Shown: positions 51,548-60,200 of the stretch, in pieces
Layout: each line of letters begins with the position of its first letter
Position numbering within the stretch: position 1 is the stretch's first letter
Origin: Vulcanimicrobiales bacterium
GTDB taxonomy: Bacteria; Vulcanimicrobiota; Vulcanimicrobiia; Vulcanimicrobiales; Vulcanimicrobiaceae
Direction of reading: 5' to 3'
Length of the DNA: 64,000 nucleotides
Assembly (NCBI GenBank): GCA_038231455.1
Contig: JBBRLI010000006.1
Coordinates: 111,404 to 175,403 of the forward strand
Program-made: the position numbers and the translations under genes
Notes under the pieces: generated by a model
The model's database searches: none
What the model was told of the DNA's origin: nothing
Seen by the model: the letters and a program-made list of their open reading frames with translations, nothing else

Positions 51548-52525
51548 ATGAATACAATCGAGGCAAACGCCCAAAATGTCGCCGTTGCCTCCGTCGCGCT
51601 GGCGCCCAAACGGGGCGATGCAATCAAACTTGCGATCGCGCTCTTTGCCGTGTGGGTGTTCTGGGGCTCGACATTTGCGGGCATGCACCTTGCGCTCGCA
51701 TCGATCCCCGTCTTTGCGATGGTGTCCTCGCGCTTCTTCGTCGCGGGGCTAATCCTCTTGGCATTCACCGCGGCCACGGGACGCGCAACGCGCGTTACGC
51801 GCGATGATCTCATCCGCGCGCTCATCACCGGCACGACGCTCTTGCTGCTCGGGAATAGCCTCTCGACCTGGTGCGTGCAGTTCATCCCAACGGGCGTCGC
51901 ATCGCTGCTCGTGAGTCTCTCGCCTGTCTACATGACGTTCTTCGATTACGCGCTCTATGGCAATCGGCCATCGCTGCTCGCGATCGTCGGCATGGCGCTC
52001 GGCTTTGCGGGCATGATTCTCTTTGCGATCCCAAAGGCGTCGGGACACTTGCCGCTGCTACCGACGATCGTGATTCTGCTCGGCAGCGTCTCGTGGGCGT
52101 TCGGTTCGATCTATCAGCGCCGCGCGGGTGCTGCGCGCAGTCTGCTAATGGCAACCGCGCTCCAGATGATCGTCGGCGGATTGCTTACCGGCATCGTCTC
52201 ACTTGCGCTCGGCGAATTGCACGGCTTCAATCTGCACGCCGTCACCGCGGGTGCGGCACTTGGGTGGGCGTACCTCGTGGTCTTTGGTAGCCTCGGCGGC
52301 TACGTAGCCTACCTCTACACGATGCAGCACGCGCCGACGGCGCTGGGCTCGTCGTACGCCTACATCAATCCGCTTATCGCCGTGGCGCTTGGAATCGCGC
52401 TCTTCCACGAAGCCTTCGCGCCGGTCGAAGCGCTGGCGGGCGTCATTATCATCGCGGGCGTCGTGCTGATGATGGTGCCGGTGCGCCGCGCAGGGCCGCT
52501 TCCGACACGCGTTCAACGCTCGTAG
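51548..52525 (+). CDS. EamA/DMT family transporter
   Basis: VWVFWGSTF, RFFVAG, SYAYINPLIAV; about 10 TM segments. Confidence 0.92.
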   Translation: MNTIEANAQNVAVASVALAPKRGDAIKLAIALFAVWVFWGSTFAGMHLALASIPVFAMVSSRFFVAGLILLAFTAATGRATRVTRDDLIRALITGTTLLLLGNSLSTWCVQFIPTGVASLLVSLSPVYMTFFDYALYGNRPSLLAIVGMALGFAGMILFAIPKASGHLPLLPTIVILLGSVSWAFGSIYQRRAGAARSLLMATALQMIVGGLLTGIVSLALGELHGFNLHAVTAGAALGWAYLVVFGSLGGYVAYLYTMQHAPTALGSSYAYINPLIAVALGIALFHEAFAPVEALAGVIIIAGVVLMMVPVRRAGPLPTRVQRS

Positions 52526-52540
52526 GCCGGGGAGTGCCCC

Positions 52541-52981
52541 ATGAAACGCATTCTGCTCATCGGCCTAATCGGCGGCGTGCTCATCGCCGTGCTGAGGCTG
52601 ACCGAATATCGATTTCTTGTGGTCGAGAATTCTCTCGAGATCTACGGCGGTCTTGTCGCGCTCATCTTCGCGGGGCTGGGCATTTGGTTTGGAATCAAGT
52701 TGAGTCGCCCCGGAAGCGTGATCGTCAAAGAGATCGAAGTGCCCGTCGCGCAGGCGTTCGTTCGCAATGCCGAGCGGCTCGAGGAACTCGGCCTCACGCC
52801 AAGGGAGCTTGAGACTTTGGAACTCCTGGCACAAGGTCTGAGCAACCGCGAAATTGCCGAACGACTCGTCGTTAGTGAAAACACGGTCAAGACGCACATC
52901 AGCCGCGTGCTCGGAAAGCTTGGCGTTAGCCGGCGCATCCAAGCGGTGCAGATGGGCAGAGAAGCGGGACTCTTACGCTAG
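52541..52981 (+). CDS. Membrane-anchored LuxR-type HTH regulator
   Basis: Two N-terminal TM segments, then LTPRELETLELLAQGLSNREIAERLVVSENTVKTH. Confidence 0.9.
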   Translation: MKRILLIGLIGGVLIAVLRLTEYRFLVVENSLEIYGGLVALIFAGLGIWFGIKLSRPGSVIVKEIEVPVAQAFVRNAERLEELGLTPRELETLELLAQGLSNREIAERLVVSENTVKTHISRVLGKLGVSRRIQAVQMGREAGLLR

Positions 52982-52983
52982 CA

Positions 52984-52999
52984 TCACCCGAACGGGTGA
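52984..52999. promoter_or_regulatory. Perfect palindrome, candidate LuxR-type operator
   Basis: TCACCCG-AA-CGGGTGA between the LuxR stop and the DUF4199 gene; no U-tract follows. Confidence 0.6.
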
Positions 53000-53063
53000 C
53001 GACAGAACATGCGCTGGTGAGGCACAGTCGTTCGGAGTTCACTCCTAACTCTGGAGGCCAATT

Positions 53064-53606
53064 TTGAAGAAGATCGTTCTCGTCTTCGGTTTGCTCAGCG
53101 GCGCGGTATCGTCGTGCATGTTACTGATCACGGTCCCCTTCGCCGATCGCATCGGCTTCGATAAAGGCTGGATCCTCGGATATACCGGAATCGTTCTTTC
53201 GTTCACGCTTGTGTACTTTGGCATCCGCGCGTACCGCGATACGGTCAAGGGCGGAACGATCGGTTTCGGAGCGGCCTTCGCGGTCGGCTCGGCGATCATG
53301 CTCATCTCATGCCTGTGCTATGTCGTCGTGTGGGAGTTTGTCTACTACAACTTCATGCCGGATTTCATGGACAAATACGCCGCCTACATGCTGGCGAAAG
53401 CGCACGCGGCGGGTGCGACTCCCGCGGCGATCGATGCGCAGGTGCGGCAGCTCGAGCAGTACCGGGCCATGTACGCGAACCCATGGACCAACGCCGCGCT
53501 CACATTTATCGAGCCATTTCCCGTTGGGGTTCTGGCCGTGCTGATATCGGCCGGCATTCTGAGAAAGAAAACGCGGACACCGGGGCTCGAAACGAGCCTC
53601 GGCTAA
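53064..53606 (+). CDS. DUF4199 family membrane protein
   Basis: MKKIVLVFGL, LGYTG, YFGIRAYRD, FMPDFMDKY, TFIEPFPVG; GGAGG RBS. Confidence 0.8.
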   Translation: MKKIVLVFGLLSGAVSSCMLLITVPFADRIGFDKGWILGYTGIVLSFTLVYFGIRAYRDTVKGGTIGFGAAFAVGSAIMLISCLCYVVVWEFVYYNFMPDFMDKYAAYMLAKAHAAGATPAAIDAQVRQLEQYRAMYANPWTNAALTFIEPFPVGVLAVLISAGILRKKTRTPGLETSLG

Positions 53607-53640
53607 CACGCTGTGCGCGCCTGTGTCGGAAGTGAGGAAC

Positions 53641-54357
53641 ATGCCTACGTTGACATCGGTTATGGCGGCCTTGAAAGCTAAGGGCGCCGAGAAGACTCGC
53701 GCGATCTACATCCGCCATGGCGCGCCGGCGGAGCGAACGCTTGGGGTGAGTAACGCGGACATGAAGCTCATCGCGAAGACAATCAAGAACGAACCGTCGC
53801 TTGGCCTCGCTCTCTACGACACCGGCACATTCGAGGCAATGTACGTGGCCGGGTTGATTTGCAATGGCGCGACGTTCTCCAAAAGCCAGGTTGTCGCGTG
53901 GGCAGAATCCGCTGCGGGGATGCCGATGATCTACGATTACACGGTCCCCTGGATCGCACTCGAACACCCCGAGCGTCTGGCCTTTGCCGCCGCCTGGACG
54001 AAGTCAAAAAAAGAACACATCGCAGCAGCCGGGTGGCACGTGTACTCGGGGATCCTCGCAACCGAACCCGACGAGCAAATCGACCTGGTCTTGTTCCGAT
54101 CGCTCTTGCAGGGCGTTCCTTTGAACATTAACAGCGCTCCGAACCGCGCGCGGGCGGCGATGACCAGCTTCGTCATTTCCGCCGGAACGTACGTGTCTGC
54201 CTTGCGCCCCGAAGCCACGGCAATCGCAAAGGCGCTCGGCACGGTCGCAGTCGATGTCGGCCAAACGGCCTGCGAAATCCCCGTCGCATCGGAGCGGATC
54301 GCGAAGGCGCTCGCAAGCGGCCGGGCCGGCAAAAAGCGGAAGACGATGCGGTGTTGA
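53641..54357 (+). CDS. DNA alkylation repair protein (AlkD-like HEAT repeat)
   Basis: LKAKG.EKTRAIY.RHG, GVSNADMK, LYDTG.FEAMY, VDVGQTACEIP, GKKRKTMRC. Confidence 0.8.
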   Translation: MPTLTSVMAALKAKGAEKTRAIYIRHGAPAERTLGVSNADMKLIAKTIKNEPSLGLALYDTGTFEAMYVAGLICNGATFSKSQVVAWAESAAGMPMIYDYTVPWIALEHPERLAFAAAWTKSKKEHIAAAGWHVYSGILATEPDEQIDLVLFRSLLQGVPLNINSAPNRARAAMTSFVISAGTYVSALRPEATAIAKALGTVAVDVGQTACEIPVASERIAKALASGRAGKKRKTMRC

Positions 54358-55124
54358 ACGCTCGGAGCGTGCCGCTCACCGACCCCGACCTTGCCGCAAT
54401 TCGCGCGAACCCCCACTACGAGGATGCCTACCGCGGCGAACCGCTTGTCTCGGTCTGTATCTATACATACAACCGCGCGCAGATGCTCTGCGAACGGTCG
54501 CTGCCAAGCGTCCTCGCTCAGACCTACACCAACTGGGAGGCGATCGTGGTCGGCGACGGCTGCGACGATGACACCGCCGAACGAATCGCGGGTCTCGGTG
54601 ACGATCGCATCCTTTTTTACAACCGCGCGACGAACGGCCCGTACCCGGCCGATCCGCACGCGCGCTCCCTCGTCGCGGGCACGTATGCGGCAAACGAAGC
54701 CTTCTCCCGGTCGCGCGGTCGGTGGATCGCGATCAACAACGACGACGACGACTGGTCGCCCGATCATCTCTCCGCTCTCATTAAAGAGGCGAAGCGCACG
54801 CATGCAGAGCTCGTCTACGGTCGCATGCGCGTGGCTATTCACGGGACGGGTGAGGAGAGCGCGTTTGGCAGTTGGCCGCCGCAGCTCGGCGAGTTCGCCT
54901 ATCAAGCCGCGATCTATCACGGCGACCTGCGCGAATTCCAGGTCGATATCGACGCGCATACGATCGGCGAGCCCGGAGATTGGAACCTGGCGCGCCGGAT
55001 GCTCGCGGCGGGAGTCCGATTTTCGTTCTTGCCGCAGGCCGTCGGAACGTACCACCTTGCTGCACAGCACATCCACCAGGATTGGTGGAGCGAGCACGCG
55101 CGTCGCCAAAAAACCCCAACATAA
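54351..55124 (+). CDS. Glycosyltransferase family 2
   Basis: PLVSVCIYTYNR, SVLAQTYTNWEAIVVGDG, NNDDDDW (DxD), DWNL. Confidence 0.9.
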   Translation: MLNARSVPLTDPDLAAIRANPHYEDAYRGEPLVSVCIYTYNRAQMLCERSLPSVLAQTYTNWEAIVVGDGCDDDTAERIAGLGDDRILFYNRATNGPYPADPHARSLVAGTYAANEAFSRSRGRWIAINNDDDDWSPDHLSALIKEAKRTHAELVYGRMRVAIHGTGEESAFGSWPPQLGEFAYQAAIYHGDLREFQVDIDAHTIGEPGDWNLARRMLAAGVRFSFLPQAVGTYHLAAQHIHQDWWSEHARRQKTPT

Positions 55125-55240
55125 TGTGGCAGACGGCCATTTATCTGCCTACCGGAAAAAGCAATCTCCGTAAAGCGAACTTTGCACGATTCTCATCCAA
55201 ACCAAGTGAGCCAGGGTATAAAGTACGTCCGAACGAATAA

Positions 55241-55321
55241 TTGAGGCTAATCACGGGCGGGGAGTATCCTGCATCCGTGGCGCACTTGCGCTTGACACTC
55301 GCAGGGTAAGTCACGTATCTT
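55241..55321 (+). promoter_or_regulatory. Tandem sigma70-like promoters upstream of the first surface lipoprotein
   Basis: TTGAGG-N18-TATCCT (55241-55270) and TTGACA-N18-TATCTT (55292-55321). Confidence 0.5.
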
Positions 55322-55463
55322 TTGGAAGTTCACCGTGGAAAGCCGTAAATTCGGCTTTTATAGTGACGACATCGCGAGGGTGGTGCCTTATGAAGCCCCT
55401 TTCCGAGACGTCGAAGTTCTCATCTTGTAGTTCTCCTGATCGTCCGTCTATTGAAAGGATCAA

Positions 55464-57047
55464 ATGACGTCACGTATTCTCTCGCTCGCCGCGGTTATCG
55501 GTCTGCTTGGAGCAGCCGGTTGCAGCGGTGGCGGCACAGGTACGGCAGCTAACGGCCTCGCGCCGAAAGCCCCCGTTACCACTGGCTCCACCAAAGGCAC
55601 CTCATCGCTTACCGCGAGCTTCCTGATCCCGATTTCGGGCGTGCAAGCATCCGCGATGTCCGCAGGACGTAAAGCGTCCTACCTCTCGCCCGGTACGAAC
55701 GGCATCACCGTTCTCATGGGCAACGGCACGCTTGTCGTCGGTTCAACCGGCCTAAGCGGTACAGCACAGCTCACCGGTTCGGTTAACGAAACCGGTGCCG
55801 CTGCTCAGAGTGCGAACGTTTCGTTCCTCTCGGCTTCGAACTCGACGACACCCGTTGTCGGACAGACGCTGAAGATTCAGCATTTGAACAACGCCGGTAA
55901 TACCCCATCGGGCACGTCCTCGGCTGTTCTCACGATTACCGCGATTCTCAGCCCCACCATCGTTCAAGGCACCTTTGCCGCGAGCCCCGGTGCAGCCGCT
56001 AACGCGGCTGGCGGCGGCCAGCCGGCCGGTTATAACTTCCTTGCTGGAGACTTGATCACGTTCACCGCTACCGGTGCTTCGTCCAACGGTCAGCAGTTCA
56101 TCATCGGCAACCAGAATACGGCCGCGCCGCTCACGCCGACCCCGGTTGTGAACGCTACGATTCCGGCTTCGGTTTATCCGGCGACCGCAACGTCAACCTA
56201 CTCGTATAACTTCGCCCCGTCGACCGTGGCCGGTTACTACGTGTTCAACTTGACGCTCACTGGTCTGTTGCCGTCGTCAGCCCTGACGCTTGGCGTCGTG
56301 ACGAACGACACGAACCACAACAACTTCGTCCTCTCGGAAGCACAGCAGACCTACACGACCGCTACTTCCGGCGACACCGCCGCGTATACCGCCTTCACGC
56401 TGAAGCCGGTTATCAATGGTGCATTCGTGCCCGCCCCGACCTTTGTCAAGCCGGTCCAGCTTGGCAATCCGGCAGCAAACCCCGTCGCCGTCCTTGGTAC
56501 GTATGAGACGACCGTCTTCGCGGTCGACGAACTCGGCTACATCATCCCGAACATCAACGCTGAAGCCGCGGGCATCGACAACGAAGCCGCAGCTAACCCG
56601 ATGGTGACGGTCGCCGCGACGACCGCAACCGACCTGCTCTTCAGAAACTACACGGTTCCTGGTACGGCTACCGGTCCGTCGCTCACGATCGCTCCGACAA
56701 CTGGCGCAACTGCTGCTGATGCAGTGGCAGGCCAAGTCACATTCGGCAAGACCGCGTCTGACTACGTGAACGTCACCGGCTTCTACTACACCAACCTCCT
56801 CAACTCGGCTCCGAACAGCCCGACACTCGGCGGCGCAGCAAACCCCGCTGGCACGCCGGTCAACATTGTTTGTAATGCAAACAAGGCCGCTGTCGCATGG
56901 GGCGTCACCATCCAATCGGCCGCTCCGGCAGCTTCGGTTGTTGGCTATGTGCTCACACCGGGTACGAACTACCCGTCGAACACCGCCTTCACCACGGCTC
57001 TTCCGGCACTCAACTGCTCACCGGGTATCGGCGCAGTCATCAACTAG
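55464..57047 (+). CDS. Ala/Thr/Gly-rich surface lipoprotein, paralog A
   Basis: Lipobox AAGC-SGGG, GAAAGG RBS, beta-strand-rich and charge-poor, two late Cys, ends NCSPGIGAVIN. Confidence 0.85.
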   Translation: MTSRILSLAAVIGLLGAAGCSGGGTGTAANGLAPKAPVTTGSTKGTSSLTASFLIPISGVQASAMSAGRKASYLSPGTNGITVLMGNGTLVVGSTGLSGTAQLTGSVNETGAAAQSANVSFLSASNSTTPVVGQTLKIQHLNNAGNTPSGTSSAVLTITAILSPTIVQGTFAASPGAAANAAGGGQPAGYNFLAGDLITFTATGASSNGQQFIIGNQNTAAPLTPTPVVNATIPASVYPATATSTYSYNFAPSTVAGYYVFNLTLTGLLPSSALTLGVVTNDTNHNNFVLSEAQQTYTTATSGDTAAYTAFTLKPVINGAFVPAPTFVKPVQLGNPAANPVAVLGTYETTVFAVDELGYIIPNINAEAAGIDNEAAANPMVTVAATTATDLLFRNYTVPGTATGPSLTIAPTTGATAADAVAGQVTFGKTASDYVNVTGFYYTNLLNSAPNSPTLGGAANPAGTPVNIVCNANKAAVAWGVTIQSAAPAASVVGYVLTPGTNYPSNTAFTTALPALNCSPGIGAVIN

Positions 57048-57065
57048 TCTCGGTCATCGGACCAC

Positions 57066-57101
57066 AGAAGAGGCCCCGTTTCGACGGGGTCTCTTTTTTT
57101 T
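57066..57101 (+). terminator. Rho-independent terminator after lipoprotein A
   Basis: AGAAGAGGCCCCGT-TTCG-ACGGGGTCTC followed by a T-run. Confidence 0.9.
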
Positions 57102-57120
57102 GTGTCCGAATCGCTCGAAC

Positions 57121-58287
57121 GTGGTATCCAACATCTTGCGCGATCTCGCACGCCCGTTCGCACGCGCGCACGCTCCGCAACCGACCGGTCCGATCGTCGT
57201 CCTCGATGATTTTTTTCCGAATCTCTACAGCGGCTTTCGCGTCGCCGAATACAACGCATATCTCGAGCGCTTTCCGCACCTCGTCGTGCGCTCATCGAGT
57301 CCGGATTTTTCGACTGCACACGCGATCTACGCGCGGCGGTATCCGCACTTTGCGTCGCGGGTTTTGCCGTTCGATCCCGCGGCTCTCGATCACGCGCGGC
57401 TCGCCTATTTCATGTTTCTCCACAATGCGCACGCGTTTTTGCCGTTCCTAACCCAAGCGCAACTGCCGTTTGTCTTCACCTTGAATCCCGGCGGCAGCTT
57501 TGGCTTGAACGACGCCAAGAGCGATTCCATGCTCGATCCCGTGATCGCATCGCCGCTTTTCCGTCATGTCATCGTGACGCAAAACATCACCCGCACGTAC
57601 CTGCGCGACCGCGGTGTACCGTCGGAAAAAATCACGCTGATCTACGGCGGCGTGATGAACGCACGGTATGTCGATGCGCCCGCTCCATCGCGCCCGTACT
57701 ATCCACAAAAGCCGCTGTTCGACATCGCTTTCATCGCCCACAAGTACATGCCGAACGGCGCCAACAAAGGCTTCCCGGAATTCTGTGCGCTCGCATCGCG
57801 CTTTGTGGACGATCGGACGATCGCATGGCACGTGGTCGGACACGATTTCGACGAGGGCGACTGGCCAACGGAACTCGCGCGACCGCAAGCGTTTACGTTT
57901 CACGGCTTACTCGAATCGACGACGACGCTGTACGACTTTCTCCTCGGCATCGATATCGTGGTCTCGCCGCAGCAACCGTTTTTGCTCTATCCGGGCAACT
58001 TTGATTCCCTGCCGACAATGGGGATCGCCGAGGCATCGCTGCAGGGCGCCGCGATGATTTGCAGCGACGTCCTCAAAATGAACGACCGGTATCGCGAAGG
58101 AGCGCAGATCGTCATTGCTCCGCCTGAAGTCGATGCACTCTTCCGTGCTGTCGCCGATCTCAAGGCAAATCCCAAACGCCTGCAGTCTCTTGCCAAGGCC
58201 GGCCAGCGGCGCAGCCGCGAGCTATTTTCATCCACGGCGCAACTCCGCGAACGCGTTGCACTACTCGCGCGATTCGCAGCGACGTAA
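57121..58287 (+). CDS. GT-B fold (GT4-like) glycosyltransferase
   Basis: DDFFP...GFRVAEYN, FIAHKY...NKG, DIVVSP, PTMGIAEASLQGAAMICSD; GTG 57121 is the first start after the terminator. Confidence 0.8.
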   Translation: MVSNILRDLARPFARAHAPQPTGPIVVLDDFFPNLYSGFRVAEYNAYLERFPHLVVRSSSPDFSTAHAIYARRYPHFASRVLPFDPAALDHARLAYFMFLHNAHAFLPFLTQAQLPFVFTLNPGGSFGLNDAKSDSMLDPVIASPLFRHVIVTQNITRTYLRDRGVPSEKITLIYGGVMNARYVDAPAPSRPYYPQKPLFDIAFIAHKYMPNGANKGFPEFCALASRFVDDRTIAWHVVGHDFDEGDWPTELARPQAFTFHGLLESTTTLYDFLLGIDIVVSPQQPFLLYPGNFDSLPTMGIAEASLQGAAMICSDVLKMNDRYREGAQIVIAPPEVDALFRAVADLKANPKRLQSLAKAGQRRSRELFSSTAQLRERVALLARFAAT

Positions 58288-58529
58288 TCGACTGATCGCT
58301 TCACAAGAGAACCGAGCCCTCGCACGCGATAGAACGTCAAGTTTTTGTCATCGCTTGTATCGATTTGCATGGACACGGTGGCACGTCGCACAAAAGAACA
58401 GCAAGTTCGATTCGCCGAGTGAAGCTCTTTGCTCGGCTGCGAGTTGAGATCGAGAACATCGAGCGTACGGTACGTCTAGTAATGTGCCGCTACGCTCATG
58501 TTCGTGCGTAGCTTTTCGTGAAAGGTTTT

Positions 58530-60149
58530 ATGAAGTCAATTCTATCGCTCACCGCAGTCGCGGCGTTGCTTGCGGCCACGGGCTGCAGCGGCGGCGGTGC
58601 CGGAACGGCATCGTCCGGCCTTGCCCCCGGCGTCCCCGTCGCGCACATCGCAGCGAACGGCACGGCATCCATTTCTGTCAGCTTCCAAATTCCGGTGTCG
58701 TCATCGCAAGCAGCGGCACTTTCCGCCGGCCGCAGCGCGAAGTATCTTTCGCCCGGAACGAACGGTATCAGCATCCTCTTGGGTGATGGCAGTACCGTCA
58801 CGGGGTCTGCCGGCCTCAGCGGCACAGCGCAGCTCACCGGGTCGGTCAACGAAACGGGCGCAGCGGCACAATCGGCTAACGTGTCATTCTTGTCGGCCTC
58901 GAACTCGACGACGCCAGTCGTCGGCCAGACGCTCCAACTGACACACTTGAATAGTGCGGGCAACACGCCCTCGGGAACGAACTCGGCGATTTTCACAATT
59001 ACGGCGATCCTGAGCCCGACCATCGTGCAAGGCACGTTCGCGGCAAGTGCCGGTGCCGCGGGCAATGCTGCCGGCGGCGGCCAGCCCGCGGGTTACAACT
59101 TCCTCGCTGGCGATCTCATCACGTTCACGGCAACAGGCCCGAGCACGACTGGTCAGCAGTTCATCGTCGGCAATCAAAACACGGCCGCACCGCTGACACC
59201 GACGCCGCTCGTCAATGCACCGATCCCGTCGACGATTTTCGGCGCGACGTCAAGCTCGACGATTTCGTATAGCTTCACGCCAACGGTAGCGGTCGGCGTT
59301 AGCGGCAATTTCGCTTATGGCTACTACACGTTCAACGTGACAATCGACAAGATCACGGCCGGCAAGGCGTACACGCTTGGCGTGGTCACGAACGATACGG
59401 CACACAACAACTTTGTGCTCTCGGAAGCGCAGCAAGTGATTTCAACTCCGGCCGCCGGTGGATCGTCGGTCGCCGCGTTCACTCTTCGACCCGTCGTCGC
59501 CGGCGTTTTCGTAGCGGCGCCGGGGTTTGTCGTTCCGCGCCAGCTCGGCAATGCGGCCAATCCGCCCGCCGCCGCACTCGGAACGTACGAAACGACGGTC
59601 TTTGCAACGGATGAACTCGGTTATGTCATCCCGTCGATCGGTGGATCGAATCCGGACAACGCCCCGGCCGCTGCGCCGATGATTACGATTGCGCCGACCA
59701 CATCGGCGACCGCGCTCTCGTTCAAGAAATACCCGACCCAGCCGTCGTTTATCACCGGTAGTCCCGGACTGCCATACACGTTTGCTCCGCCGAATACGGT
59801 TGCCATCGCACCGACCGCCGTTGCAAACGTCTTCACGCTCGGCCTCGGTGGCTCGGATTTTGCAAACATCGTGGGCGTACTCTTCGCCGACATCATCGGG
59901 TCCACACCGAACTCCATCACGCAGGCATCGAATCTCGCGGGTCAATTCGCCGGTACCGGCCTCAACGTCGTCTGCGGCGTGAACAATGCCGCCGTCACGT
60001 GGACCGCGACCATCCAGTCCGCAACACCCGTCGGGTCCGTCGTCGGTTATACGCTGACGCCGGGTACGAACTACCCTTCGAGCACCGCCTATGCGATTAA
60101 CCTGCCTGCAGTGAATTGCAGCCCGGGCATTGGCGGCGTCATCAACTAA
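58530..60149 (+). CDS. Ala/Thr/Gly-rich surface lipoprotein, paralog B
   Basis: Lipobox ATGC-SGGG, GAAAGG RBS, long blocks identical to paralog A, ends NCSPGIGGVIN. Confidence 0.85.
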   Translation: MKSILSLTAVAALLAATGCSGGGAGTASSGLAPGVPVAHIAANGTASISVSFQIPVSSSQAAALSAGRSAKYLSPGTNGISILLGDGSTVTGSAGLSGTAQLTGSVNETGAAAQSANVSFLSASNSTTPVVGQTLQLTHLNSAGNTPSGTNSAIFTITAILSPTIVQGTFAASAGAAGNAAGGGQPAGYNFLAGDLITFTATGPSTTGQQFIVGNQNTAAPLTPTPLVNAPIPSTIFGATSSSTISYSFTPTVAVGVSGNFAYGYYTFNVTIDKITAGKAYTLGVVTNDTAHNNFVLSEAQQVISTPAAGGSSVAAFTLRPVVAGVFVAAPGFVVPRQLGNAANPPAAALGTYETTVFATDELGYVIPSIGGSNPDNAPAAAPMITIAPTTSATALSFKKYPTQPSFITGSPGLPYTFAPPNTVAIAPTAVANVFTLGLGGSDFANIVGVLFADIIGSTPNSITQASNLAGQFAGTGLNVVCGVNNAAVTWTATIQSATPVGSVVGYTLTPGTNYPSSTAYAINLPAVNCSPGIGGVIN

Positions 60150-60163
60150 CCGCCACGTATCCC

Positions 60164-60198
60164 AAAAAAAGATCCCGTTTCGGCGGGGTCTTTTTTTT
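60164..60198. terminator. Bidirectional rho-independent terminator
   Basis: A7-GATCCCGT-TTCG-GCGGGGTC-T8 between convergent genes; resembles the terminator after paralog A. Confidence 0.88.
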
Positions 60199-60200
60199 CT

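Noticed and set aside
55464-60149. Paralogous lipoproteins as a recent duplication, assembly artefact or DGR/phase-variation cassette pair
   Set aside because: DNA differs at many synonymous sites rather than only at adenines, both genes have their own RBS and terminator, and no reverse transcriptase or recombinase is in the window
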